29,922 bases of DNA from a virus (Duplodnaviria; Caudoviricetes), in IMG/VR virus record IMGVR_UViG_3300008267_000906, positions 1 through 29,922 of that record, one strand, 5' to 3'. This document shows positions 16,583 through 26,068 of this stretch, one piece after another. The position numbers were made by a program, and so were the translations under genes. The stretch's first letter is position 1; the number at the start of each line of letters is the position of its first letter. A model generated the notes under the pieces. It saw nothing but the letters and a program-made list of their open reading frames with translations, was not told the DNA's origin and searched no databases.

Positions 16583-19036
16583 TTATTTATTGTTTACTAA
16601 ATAGTTAATTTGATTTTGTAAATCGGTTATTTGTTTTTGTTGTTCTTTTATTGATTCAATTAATAGTGGTACTAATTTTTCATATTGCACTGTTAGATAG
16701 TTTTCACCACTTATTGAATTATTATTTCCATCATTATCGAATGGAGCTAATTTAACAGCTTCAGGTAACACCTCCTGAACATTCTGTGCAAACACACCAA
16801 CTAATGATTCTTCTGTATTATAATTAGCTAACTCTTTTGCTTTGTCGTTCCAATTATAAGTAAATCCACTTAATTTTCCAATTTTATCTAGTGGGTTTTC
16901 TATAAATTGAATATTAGTTTTTAAGCGTCTATCTGAAGAGTATGCTACTATGTCATTTGAAGCATCTATTCTACCGGCAGTTGCATTTGGAGCTACATTT
17001 ACACCTAAAGCACCTGTATTAACTCTTGCAGATCCTGATACATCTAGTTTATAAGATGGAGATGTAGTACCTATACCTACATTACCATTAGGATACTTTA
17101 TAGTTAATCTCGCTGTTGTTCCAGCTTCTATAATTTGAAAATCATCACCTGTGCTTTGTAAATCGTAATAGTAGTTAGAATTACTACCAATTCTTATAAA
17201 TCTAGTAGCTCCTGTTGTTAAGTTTATATTACCAGCAACTTCAAGTTTTTGACCTGGTGATGTAACTCCTATACCAACACTACCAGTCATAGCCATGGTA
17301 ACATTACCAGTAGTTGTAACAACAAATCTATCAAAAGCAGTACCGGAATTTGTTGCTCTTAGTTTCCATGTAAGACTATCATCGCCATACATCCCTGCTT
17401 GCCATATTGAGGCATCAAATCCAGCTCCCCAATATCCATAATCTACATATGAGTTATAGGATGAATTACCTGCTGTTAATTCTAAAGCGATACTGCTGTT
17501 ACTTCCTGATGAGGCTTGTACTCTTGAATTACCTACTACATCTAATTTATATGTAGTTGATGTAGTACCTATACCAATTTTATCGCTAACATATAACCCA
17601 CCGTTTGCACTTCCTAATGAATATCCAATACCAACAGCTTTATTAAAAGTAAAATTACCCCAACCATCAGTTCTAAATTGACCAACCTGTGTATTATCAG
17701 ATCTGCTACTAGATATGATAGTATATTCTGTATCTGCTTTCTTTATAATATAGCCTTCTGCATTTGTTGGAAGACCTATATTTCCGTTTACATCTAGTTT
17801 TTGTCCTGGTGATGTAGTGCCTATACCAACATTACCATTATTACCTATGTATAGTCTATCTGAGGTTGAACCTGTTCCTGTTTTAAAAACAATATAGTTA
17901 CCCTCAACAATAAGAGGCTTATATTCAGCTCCCCAATCTACAGCAGTTAAGTAACTTGTTCCACCACTAACTTGTATTATTGTAGCGTGACCTTGAGCAG
18001 AAGTACCATTTGTAGCTCCAGTAGCAGCTATTGCTCCATTTACTTCGAGTTTGTCATATGGTGATATAGTACCTATACCAACATTACCTCCATTAGGTTG
18101 TAATGTTAAATTATAAGCTGTTGCTGTTCCATCAACTCTTTGTTGTTGTATCCAACCATTACCTGAGCTTAATGTACCAAATAAGGTACCGTATGCTGGG
18201 TCTGCATTTGTAAATAATGCTACGGATGAGCTATCAGCAAATCCTAATCTAGCAATCCCAGCAGCAGCAGTACTTTGTGTTGAGCCTGCGGTGTGTAGTT
18301 TAGTTGATGGTGATGTAGTACCTATACCAACATTACCTCCATTAGGTTGTAATGCTAAATTTGTTGTAGCACCAAAATTATATGAATATCCATTTATAGA
18401 TGGAACACTTGATACAGTACCTAATGCTACTACATTTGGGGTAGCACTATTTCCACCAGCTGCGAAAGGAAATGTATTTGAAGTATCATAAACTGTTAGG
18501 TTTGATTGAGGAGATGTAGTGCCTATGCCAACTTTACCGTATTCAAATATATTTTTAGTACCTGCTATATAGTTTGTGCCATCACCGCCCTGCATAAATC
18601 CATATACAGTAGTACTATTAGCAAATACATTATTTACAAATTGGGTAATTGATGTATTGTTGAAGTAGGTACCTATTCTGGCAGAACCACTGATATTATT
18701 AGTGTTTGCCCTGATTATATCATTGTTTATTATTTGACCTGATGCACTTACTGCACCCGCTACTTGGAGAGTAACTGTAGGGGATGTAGTACCTATACCA
18801 ACATTACTTCCAGTTATAGTTAATATTGAATTGTTTCCAATATTTAATCCAATAGAGCCTCCAGTAGCTACGTTTACGTACGTATTAGTTGAACTGCCAT
18901 ATAAAGCATAGTTAGAGGTTGTTAAAGCGGTTGCGCCTGTAAATCCAAGAAACCCAGCAGATGCTAAAGATATATTTCCAGCTACACTTAATAAATTACC
19001 AGGTGATGTAGTACCTATACCAACATTGGTTTGTTC
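16583..19036 (-). CDS. Distal part of the giant tail fibre with C-terminal peptidase S74 intramolecular chaperone
   Basis: The frame of track ORF 16583..18595 stays open upstream to 19036 (TNVGIGTTSPGNLLSVAG...VYGF-MQGG). C-terminus has SSDRRLKTNI...GVFAQNVQEVLPEAV...VQYEKLVPLLIESIKE plus a coiled coil. Confidence 0.85.
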   Translation of the reverse strand, partial: EQTNVGIGTTSPGNLLSVAGNISLASAGFLGFTGATALTTSNYALYGSSTNTYVNVATGGSIGLNIGNNSILTITGSNVGIGTTSPTVTLQVAGAVSASGQIINNDIIRANTNNISGSARIGTYFNNTSITQFVNNVFANSTTVYGFMQGGDGTNYIAGTKNIFEYGKVGIGTTSPQSNLTVYDTSNTFPFAAGGNSATPNVVALGTVSSVPSINGYSYNFGATTNLALQPNGGNVGIGTTSPSTKLHTAGSTQSTAAAGIARLGFADSSSVALFTNADPAYGTLFGTLSSGNGWIQQQRVDGTATAYNLTLQPNGGNVGIGTISPYDKLEVNGAIAATGATNGTSAQGHATIIQVSGGTSYLTAVDWGAEYKPLIVEGNYIVFKTGTGSTSDRLYIGNNGNVGIGTTSPGQKLDVNGNIGLPTNAEGYIIKKADTEYTIISSSRSDNTQVGQFRTDGWGNFTFNKAVGIGYSLGSANGGLYVSDKIGIGTTSTTYKLDVVGNSRVQASSGSNSSIALELTAGNSSYNSYVDYGYWGAGFDASIWQAGMYGDDSLTWKLRATNSGTAFDRFVVTTTGNVTMAMTGSVGIGVTSPGQKLEVAGNINLTTGATRFIRIGSNSNYYYDLQSTGDDFQIIEAGTTARLTIKYPNGNVGIGTTSPSYKLDVSGSARVNTGALGVNVAPNATAGRIDASNDIVAYSSDRRLKTNIQFIENPLDKIGKLSGFTYNWNDKAKELANYNTEESLVGVFAQNVQEVLPEAVKLAPFDNDGNNNSISGENYLTVQYEKLVPLLIESIKEQQKQITDLQNQINYLVNNK

Positions 19037-22000
19037 TTATTTGAAATTCACTAGAACCATAATTGATATGATTATTACCTATTGAACCAAAATATAAAAT
19101 ACCGCCTGTGCTAGTATCTCCTATAAGAACAGTATTACCACTACCTGTTACATGCAATTTAGCTGCTGGGCTTGTAGTACCTATACCAACATTTCCATTA
19201 GAATCAATATCAAGTGCTCTTGTTCCACCACTACTACCAACATTAAATGTATGTGCTAAAGCATAATATGACTGAGCCATATATGCTGATGTGTTTCTAT
19301 TATATGCTTGTAATAATACTCCACTGCTTACACCTCCTGTAGGATTGACTTCAAATCCACTTGCACCAGCATTACTCACAACAAATTGTGCCGATGGTGA
19401 TGTAGTACCTATACCAACATTGCCAGTACCAAGAATTGTTAAGTACGTACCTTGATCATATGCTGAATTATATAGTCCACCAAAGAACATATCTGTTCTA
19501 TTACTACCATTATATGTTGTCCATATTTTACCTGTAATTCCTGTACCGTCATGCCATGTAATTGCGCCTCTTTGAGTACTGGCAACGTTGTAGCTAACTC
19601 CTAATCTTAGTAATTCAGTTGATGTATTTGATAAACCAATTTGTAAAAGAGTTCCAGGACTTGTAGTACCTATACCAACATTACCACTAGCATCAATACG
19701 CATGCGTTCTGAAGCATTAGTAGCAAATGCTAAAATATCGGCTGATGCACGATACATTCCTATGCCTGTGTCGCCATAAAACCCATATGTTGGGTATGTT
19801 GTATTGGCTGTTGCTGCCCATAAAGCAGCTCCACCTGTTGTTAATTGATAAACGTCTCCATTACTATCAATTTGAAAATTACTTCCTATTTTTGCACCTC
19901 CATTTACTTCTAATTTTTGAGATGGTGATGTAGTACCTATACCAACATTACCAGATCCTGATACTGTTAAAACATTTGTTGTAGGAGTGCTACCTGCTAA
20001 ATCATTAACTAATAATTCTAATATATTAGCAGCATTGTATTCATTTGCCCATCTCCATCTAGCACCACCTGATTTTCCTGTTTCTAGATAGCCAGAATTA
20101 GTTGAATCTACTCTTATACCATCAACGTTTCCAACTGATACATGTAGTTTTGAAGTTGGTGATGTAGTACCTATACCAACATTACCATCTGAGGTGATGC
20201 GCATGCGCTCATTACCACTGTTCCCAAAAGTCAAAGCAGTAGAGCTGGCTATATTTTGAATAATCCAAGATTCAACACCATCTTGAAATAGTTGAATACC
20301 AGCAGCAACACCACTAGTAGTATTAACCATTAACTTGGATGTATTTGAGGCAACACCTTCACCAATTTTTGTAGTCCCATTAACTCTTAAAAAGGCGTCA
20401 GGACTTGTAGTTCCAATACCAACATTTGTACCATTATCATAAGTAGCGCCAATACCTAAAGTAGTAGCACTAGTCCATCTAGCAAGATAGTTAGTAGTGC
20501 CACCTAGTACATTAGCTGCAGTTGTAGCAAACGATGCACTACTTACACTTAAAGATCCTGATGATTGATAGTACAACTGTCCTGTTGTTGTATCTATACC
20601 AACTACATTAGTTTGAGTTGCAGATGTTAAGCCCGAGAAGTATACGGCGGATGAGCCGGATATATTACCTGCTACTGTTAGTTTTGCTCCTGGAGATGAA
20701 GTACCTATACCTACATCAGTATTTTGGAAATAAGCTTTTCCACTTGCAGCACCTCCTTCAATAGTAAAGCGTTCTAAAGCTGCTCCAACATTTGTTCTTG
20801 TAAAGAATCTATGGTTATAATCACCAAATGCTATTTGGTAGTATGTGTTGTCAGTTCCTGCACCAAGAATAGTACCGTTTACTCTTACGCTACCGCTTAC
20901 TTCGAGTTTAGATCCTGGTGATGTAGTGCCTATACCAACATTTCCACTAACATCTATCCTAACTTTTTCTGATGATGTACTTCCAGCAGGATAAAATGCT
21001 ATATATGCACTAGATCCAGATACACCAACAATAGTTGGAACTCCTGCTCCGTATACATTTCCCCAACTGAGGTTATTTGAGTTTGCTATAATGGCTCCTC
21101 CATTAATATCTAATGTATCTCTTGGAGATGATATGCCTATACCTAAACGTCCTGCACTAGTTAAAATCATTTTTTGGCTAAGAGAAGCAGACGTTCCTAA
21201 AGTTACGGTTTGAGTATCTCCTGTATACCATCTAAAATCTGTATCTACAACTAGTGCTGATCTTGGTACAGAAATACCAGTAGATGAAATAAACTGATTA
21301 GTAGTAGTTGAGCTAGGATATACAGCATATCCTATTACAGGTCCTCCTGATGATCTGTTAGTTCCAAAGTTAGTTAAATGTCCGGAGGAATATTGATCTT
21401 GTAATATTGTGGTTCCTTCTGTAGCTGTGTTACTGCCAGCGACTATAATTCCTGCTACATCTAGTTTTGATGATGGAGATGTAGTACCTATACCGACGTT
21501 ACCATTATTAGCGATACGCATTCTTTCGGATCCGCTAGTATAAATCCTTAAGGCTTGAGATGGTGTGCCTGTAACAGTGCCTGCAATGATATAAGAATCA
21601 ACAGCCTGTTGATATACTGATATATAATTATTATTAGTACTTTCTTGTACTCTAACTTCATTTTCAGTTGAAGCAACTAAGTTTAATTTAGCACCGGGAG
21701 ATGTAGTACCTATACCAACATTAGTGCCATTATCATAGGTAACACCTATACCTAGCGTAGTAGCACTAGTCCATCTAGCAAGGTAGTTATTTGTGCCACC
21801 TAAAACGTTTGATGCTGTTGCAGCATATGAAGCAGAAGATGCTACAAATGAACTTGTTGTTTGATAGTACAACTGTCCTGTACTTGTGTTTATGCCAACG
21901 ATAGTGGCTTGTGGTGTAGATGTAAGTCCTTTAAAATATACATCGGCTGAGCTGGAAATGTTTCCTACTACAGTTAATTTTGCTGCTGGAGATGTGGTGC

Positions 22001-23670
22001 CGAGGCCAACATTTCCGCTTCCTGCTTGTACAGTTACCCTCGCAGTTCCTAAAGCATTACCTCCACCACCTTCTGCTATAACATAGTCACTACCATTATT
22101 TATACCAAACTGCCAGTTATTTGAGTTATTAGCAGCAATAAATAAAGCAGCAGTATTTACTGCTTCAACGTAGGATAATATATTTCCTGATACATGGAGT
22201 TTTGCTGATGGGGATGTAGTGCCTATACCAACACTACCATTACGATTAATTGTAAAATAAGTACGACTTGATATGTCTGGTGCACTTGCTGATGTGGCTG
22301 AGGAAACAATATTGAAATCTCCCCAATTGAACATGTTAGTTCCTATAGCCCAGTTTCTACTGTTTGTGCTTCCATAATTTGAATTATAAAAGTCTAATTG
22401 AGTTAAAGTAGTACTACTTTCTAATCTAGCAACAATTCCTGAAGAGGAAATGTGGAGTTTTGATGCGGGAGCAGGAGCACCTATACCGACATTACCTGCT
22501 GAGGTGATGCGCATTTTCTCGGAACCGTTAGTCCAAAAAGTTTCTGGATGATTTGATAATGTTCCTACAACACCTGCTGGTTCACTTGTCCAGCTTAAAA
22601 TATTATCAACGGTTCCATTGTTTGAACGAATATTTCCAGTAGACCTAATATCACCAGAAGTATCTAACTTATATGATGGTGATGTAGTACCTATACCAAC
22701 ATTAGCAGACGAATTTAAAAATATACCATTTGATGTGCTATATCCTGATGGATCGGCAGTAGCTGGGTCTCCTACAGACCAATAAGCATATGTAAGGCTA
22801 CTAGCTCCACCTATTGCGCCAAAGAAAACAGTACTAGCTGTATAATTACTGTTGTATATTCTATTGCTACGAGCCCATGCTCCTATAGCTGCTACTTTAG
22901 TATCTAAACCATAAGCGTATGTAGTAACATTAGTTCCACCACCTGTAACTACGTCTAAAGCTCCACCTGGTGATGTAGTACCTATACCGACATTACCGCC
23001 ATTAAAATAAGAAACTCCATTTGAGTGTAATTGGGCATTTGCGGCACCACTACTATTTTCTAAAGTGGCAACTCCGTCTCCATCAGCATCTTCAAATATG
23101 TAGAATATATTATTAGTATTTGCAGCTCTTTGAATTAAGAATGGATATGAGCTTAAACCTGAGGATTTAACATGTAGTCTACCTGATGGTGATGTTGTAC
23201 CTATACCAACATTACCGCTATTATACTTTATAGTAACATAATCACCTATACCATCATTAATTCTATAATCATTGCTACTTGCAGATATATAAGCTTTCCA
23301 TTGAACTGTTACATTATTTAAAAAGAATGAAGGTGTAGTAGCATCTACTACTCTAACTGCGCCTGAACCTGCGCTTCCTGATATATCTAACCTATATCCT
23401 GGGTTTGTTCTGCCTATACCAACATTACCATTAGAATCTATTCTAACTTTGTTACTACTGTTTGTCCATAATTCTAAATAGTTAGAAGTATTGTTAAGGT
23501 ATATACCTTGACCGGTAGCAGTTGCTCCACTGAATACTCCAGCACCAGCTCCATCAACATAAAGAAATCCTGCTCTTGTGCCATCAGTCCATTTAATAGG
23601 ATCTGTACCGCTTCCAGATTGAACAGTGAGTCTATTGGTGGGTGATGTGGTGTTTATACCAACATTAGTA
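17060..23670 (-). repeat. Dispersed in-frame coding repeat G-N-V-G-I-G-T-T-S-P (about 28 copies by hand count)
   Basis: Plus strand repeatedly shows (gg)tgatgtagtacctataccaacattacc with few changes, separated by unrelated modules of variable length. Confidence 0.9.
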
Positions 23671-23954
23671 CCATTATCATAGGTAACACCTATGCCTAGA
23701 GTAGTAGCACTAGTCCATCTAGCAAGATAGTTAGTAGTGCCACCTAAAACGTTAGATGCAGTACCAGTAAATGATGCTGATACAGCATTTAAAGCATAAG
23801 AAGCTGTAATAGAATTTTGTGCCCATGAAGCGGTTCCAAATAATGATCCTGTAAATGATCCTGAAAATCTGCTTGCAGTTACTGCATTTGTAACAAACAG
23901 TGAATTAAGCGTAGCGTCAGAACCTGACGTAATGAGTTTCTTCCAATTCGGCAT
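18996..23954 (-). CDS. Proximal part of the giant modular tail fibre (frame-broken near 19030)
   Basis: 1652 aa with about 19 GIGTTSP modules. The last residues (QCWYRYYITW*) are the out-of-frame reading of another NVGIGTTSPG unit. Confidence 0.85.
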   Translation of the reverse strand: MPNWKKLITSGSDATLNSLFVTNAVTASRFSGSFTGSLFGTASWAQNSITASYALNAVSASFTGTASNVLGGTTNYLARWTSATTLGIGVTYDNGTNVGINTTSPTNRLTVQSGSGTDPIKWTDGTRAGFLYVDGAGAGVFSGATATGQGIYLNNTSNYLELWTNSSNKVRIDSNGNVGIGRTNPGYRLDISGSAGSGAVRVVDATTPSFFLNNVTVQWKAYISASSNDYRINDGIGDYVTIKYNSGNVGIGTTSPSGRLHVKSSGLSSYPFLIQRAANTNNIFYIFEDADGDGVATLENSSGAANAQLHSNGVSYFNGGNVGIGTTSPGGALDVVTGGGTNVTTYAYGLDTKVAAIGAWARSNRIYNSNYTASTVFFGAIGGASSLTYAYWSVGDPATADPSGYSTSNGIFLNSSANVGIGTTSPSYKLDTSGDIRSTGNIRSNNGTVDNILSWTSEPAGVVGTLSNHPETFWTNGSEKMRITSAGNVGIGAPAPASKLHISSSGIVARLESSTTLTQLDFYNSNYGSTNSRNWAIGTNMFNWGDFNIVSSATSASAPDISSRTYFTINRNGSVGIGTTSPSAKLHVSGNILSYVEAVNTAALFIAANNSNNWQFGINNGSDYVIAEGGGGNALGTARVTVQAGSGNVGLGTTSPAAKLTVVGNISSSADVYFKGLTSTPQATIVGINTSTGQLYYQTTSSFVASSASYAATASNVLGGTNNYLARWTSATTLGIGVTYDNGTNVGIGTTSPGAKLNLVASTENEVRVQESTNNNYISVYQQAVDSYIIAGTVTGTPSQALRIYTSGSERMRIANNGNVGIGTTSPSSKLDVAGIIVAGSNTATEGTTILQDQYSSGHLTNFGTNRSSGGPVIGYAVYPSSTTTNQFISSTGISVPRSALVVDTDFRWYTGDTQTVTLGTSASLSQKMILTSAGRLGIGISSPRDTLDINGGAIIANSNNLSWGNVYGAGVPTIVGVSGSSAYIAFYPAGSTSSEKVRIDVSGNVGIGTTSPGSKLEVSGSVRVNGTILGAGTDNTYYQIAFGDYNHRFFTRTNVGAALERFTIEGGAASGKAYFQNTDVGIGTSSPGAKLTVAGNISGSSAVYFSGLTSATQTNVVGIDTTTGQLYYQSSGSLSVSSASFATTAANVLGGTTNYLARWTSATTLGIGATYDNGTNVGIGTTSPDAFLRVNGTTKIGEGVASNTSKLMVNTTSGVAAGIQLFQDGVESWIIQNIASSTALTFGNSGNERMRITSDGNVGIGTTSPTSKLHVSVGNVDGIRVDSTNSGYLETGKSGGARWRWANEYNAANILELLVNDLAGSTPTTNVLTVSGSGNVGIGTTSPSQKLEVNGGAKIGSNFQIDSNGDVYQLTTGGAALWAATANTTYPTYGFYGDTGIGMYRASADILAFATNASERMRIDASGNVGIGTTSPGTLLQIGLSNTSTELLRLGVSYNVASTQRGAITWHDGTGITGKIWTTYNGSNRTDMFFGGLYNSAYDQGTYLTILGTGNVGIGTTSPSAQFVVSNAGASGFEVNPTGGVSSGVLLQAYNRNTSAYMAQSYYALAHTFNVGSSGGTRALDIDSNGNVGIGTTSPAAKLHVTGSGNTVLIGDTSTGGILYFGSIGNNHINYGSSEFQIRTNQCWYRYYITW
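20415..23760 (-). repeat. Three copies of a roughly 100-bp coding repeat (NVLGGT.NYLARWTSATTLGIG.TYDNGTNVGI)
   Basis: Copies at about 23655-23760, 21711-21815 and 20415-20516 share long identical DNA such as gtagtagcactagtccatctagcaag. Confidence 0.9.
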
Positions 23955-23962
23955 TATGTATT

Positions 23963-24025
23963 ACAGTTTGCGGTTAGAAACCTAGCACTATACTAGGCCT
24001 ACTTCCCGTGTGGGCCAACAAATGT
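23963..24025 (-). ncRNA. Candidate structured cis-regulatory 5' leader of the giant fibre gene
   Basis: GC-rich intergenic segment that folds by eye into a three-way junction ending about 8 nt before the ATG. Confidence 0.45.
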
Positions 24026-24030
24026 GTGTT

Positions 24031-24040
24031 AATAAATATT
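24031..24040 (-). promoter_or_regulatory. ATATTTAT upstream motif (putative late promoter)
   Basis: AATATTTATT overlapping the upstream stop codon, just before the structured leader. Confidence 0.5.
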
Positions 24041-24278
24041 AACTAGATTTCTTGTCCGCTTTGGTTTTTTCTTCCTGAGCGAGGAGATTTTGTAGACTTT
24101 CTATTTTTTTTTGTTCCTCTGCCTGTTTCATTTGTTCAATTTGTGCTAATTCATTTTCTAATCTAATTTGTAGATTAGCTAGAAATTTAGCATCTGAACC
24201 TTTAACAGTAACAAGATCTAATGCCTGTCGAATAAATGCTATCTCGTTATGAGTAACATCAATTGAAAACACATCCAT
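24039..24278 (-). CDS. Small helical protein, paralogue of 24284..24493
   Basis: 79 aa; shares T..E..FI...L.....KG.......NL.....N with its neighbour. Confidence 0.7.
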   Translation of the reverse strand: MDVFSIDVTHNEIAFIRQALDLVTVKGSDAKFLANLQIRLENELAQIEQMKQAEEQKKIESLQNLLAQEEKTKADKKSS

Positions 24279-24283
24279 AACAT

Positions 24284-24493
24284 TTATTTATTTTGATTTG
24301 CTTTTTTTAAGTACTGATTTTGGATTTTAACAACTAAATTATAAAATAATTCAATTTGAAATCCTTTTAAATTAGTATTTTTTAAAGTAAGCAGAATAAA
24401 CTCTAATTCTTGTAAAGTTAATTCATCTTGGGTTGGTAATGTAGTGGGTATTTCAGTGCCTCCCACAACTAAATTTTTTGATGTAAATGCCAT
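24284..24493 (-). CDS. Small helical protein, paralogue of 24039..24278
   Basis: 69 aa, lying between two fibre genes. Confidence 0.7.
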   Translation of the reverse strand: MAFTSKNLVVGGTEIPTTLPTQDELTLQELEFILLTLKNTNLKGFQIELFYNLVVKIQNQYLKKANQNK

Positions 24494-24511
24494 AACTTAT
24501 TAAAATATATT

Positions 24512-26035
24512 TTAAGCCCAAATATAAATATCACCAGTGTTTGTAACCCACATATTACCAGATCCATTAGAACCAGTACCCCAAGTTGGAGGTACAGTGT
24601 TTGTTGGAGCTGATCCTTGATTGATTTTTGCTGTTACTACATATTCATTAGGAGTTAATGAATTTGCAGTACCTACAGCATCAAACGCTACAGCAAAACG
24701 ACCATAAGGTCCATGATCATTAGTAGCACCTGCTTCAAGGTAAAATGCAGAACCAGAACCAGCAGTATTGTATTGAGTTATCCAACCAGAATCAGCTAAT
24801 GTTGATGATCCACTATTAACTAGAATAAATTTATCTCTAACATTTAAGTTATCCGTGTTTGTAAATGAAGCAGTACCTGCTACTGATAAGTCTCCAGTTA
24901 CAGTTAAGTTATTATTAAACGTTGAGTTACCAGTTACTGTTAAACCACCTGCTGAAATTGTAGAGCCAGAAGCAATAGTTACTGTAGTACCATTATCACT
25001 AATAAGACTATTTACAAATCCTGTTCCACTCCATTTTGGATGATTACCTGTTGTTAAGTTAGCAGCACCAGAAACATGTACTGTTACTGCTGTTGAACCA
25101 TTATATGTAGCAGCACTACCTGATATTCCAACTCCAAACGTTAATGCGTTTGCTAATGAATTTGCTGAGGCTGCTGTTGATGCAAAAGCAGCAGTTATTG
25201 CTTGAGAGGCACTTACTGCCCATGAAGCAGTACCAAATAAAGATCCTGTAAAATTAGTTGCTGTTACACTTCCACTAATATTAAGTGAACCTGTTACAGT
25301 GTGGACATCAGTAATTGCATTACCTATTTTAACTCCAGTACCTAAAACTGAAAGTTCAGTACCGCTACCTGTAACAACAGTAAAGGTTCCAGAAATTATT
25401 TGGTTACCAACAAATGTATTTGAGCCCGTAGTTACAGGAGCGTTTAGAGCATATGATGCAGTTAATACACTATTAGCTCCAAAAGGACCAAAAACATTAG
25501 ATGCAGTAATGAAGGAAGAAGTAACATTTAAAGTATTAGTTGCAGCATTATAAGAAAAACTAGCACTATTTACATACAATGATTGACTTCCTGATCCTGA
25601 AACAACGAATGTTGGATACCAAGTACCAATACCGGTGTTATTCATTGTTATAGTAGAGGTAGAAGATGCTACTCCTTGTGCTACTGTTATATCAAATGTA
25701 GTGTTATCTCCTTTGGTAAAGGTAATAGTTGAGGAGTTGATAGAAGCTGTAATTAAACCTCTAAGTGGAAGAGAAGAAGTTTCTGCAAATGAGGCACTAG
25801 TAGCAAATGAAGCAGTACCGGTTAAGGGTCCAGCAAAAGAACCACTAAATGAACCAGAATGGACTAAGTTAGTAGCATTTGTAGTTGCTACTATATTACC
25901 AGTACCATTAATAGCTTGTATACCTAGAGTGCCATTAGCACTACCTGTTACTACTCCATTTAATAAATCACTTACTTGTAAGGATGCTAATTGAGCATTA
26001 CTACCAGAAACTATGACTTTGCGCCAAACTGCCAT
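24512..26035 (-). CDS. Tail fibre-like structural protein
   Basis: 507 aa, Ser/Thr/Gly-rich; GSLFGTASWA, TTGSNTFVGNQ and LTVTGDLSVAG repeats typical of trimeric beta-fibres. Confidence 0.75.
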   Translation of the reverse strand: MAVWRKVIVSGSNAQLASLQVSDLLNGVVTGSANGTLGIQAINGTGNIVATTNATNLVHSGSFSGSFAGPLTGTASFATSASFAETSSLPLRGLITASINSSTITFTKGDNTTFDITVAQGVASSTSTITMNNTGIGTWYPTFVVSGSGSQSLYVNSASFSYNAATNTLNVTSSFITASNVFGPFGANSVLTASYALNAPVTTGSNTFVGNQIISGTFTVVTGSGTELSVLGTGVKIGNAITDVHTVTGSLNISGSVTATNFTGSLFGTASWAVSASQAITAAFASTAASANSLANALTFGVGISGSAATYNGSTAVTVHVSGAANLTTGNHPKWSGTGFVNSLISDNGTTVTIASGSTISAGGLTVTGNSTFNNNLTVTGDLSVAGTASFTNTDNLNVRDKFILVNSGSSTLADSGWITQYNTAGSGSAFYLEAGATNDHGPYGRFAVAFDAVGTANSLTPNEYVVTAKINQGSAPTNTVPPTWGTGSNGSGNMWVTNTGDIYIWA

Positions 26036-26058
26036 TATTTTTATTTTGAATTATCAGT

Positions 26059-26068
26059 AATAAATATT
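26059..26068 (-). promoter_or_regulatory. ATATTTAT upstream motif (putative late promoter)
   Basis: AATATTTATT overlapping the upstream stop codon. Confidence 0.5.

Noticed and set aside
19020-19040. Programmed ribosomal frameshift in the giant fibre
   Set aside because: No homopolymer or tRNA re-pairing-compatible codons at the junction; an indel or deletion fits better.
17060-23670. CRISPR array suggested by ~29-bp repeats
   Set aside because: Repeats are in-frame coding, degenerate and spaced irregularly by well over 100 nt; no cas genes in the window.
16583-23954. Diversity-generating retroelement or invertase-driven fibre switching
   Set aside because: No reverse transcriptase or recombinase in the window, all modules are co-oriented, and the repeat mismatches inspected are not adenine-specific.
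23960-24010. Cobalamin riboswitch (GGGAAG...CCGCAAACUGUAA resembles its conserved words)
   Set aside because: Too short, lacks the T-loop arm and B12 box, and the context is a fibre gene. An Rfam scan would settle it.
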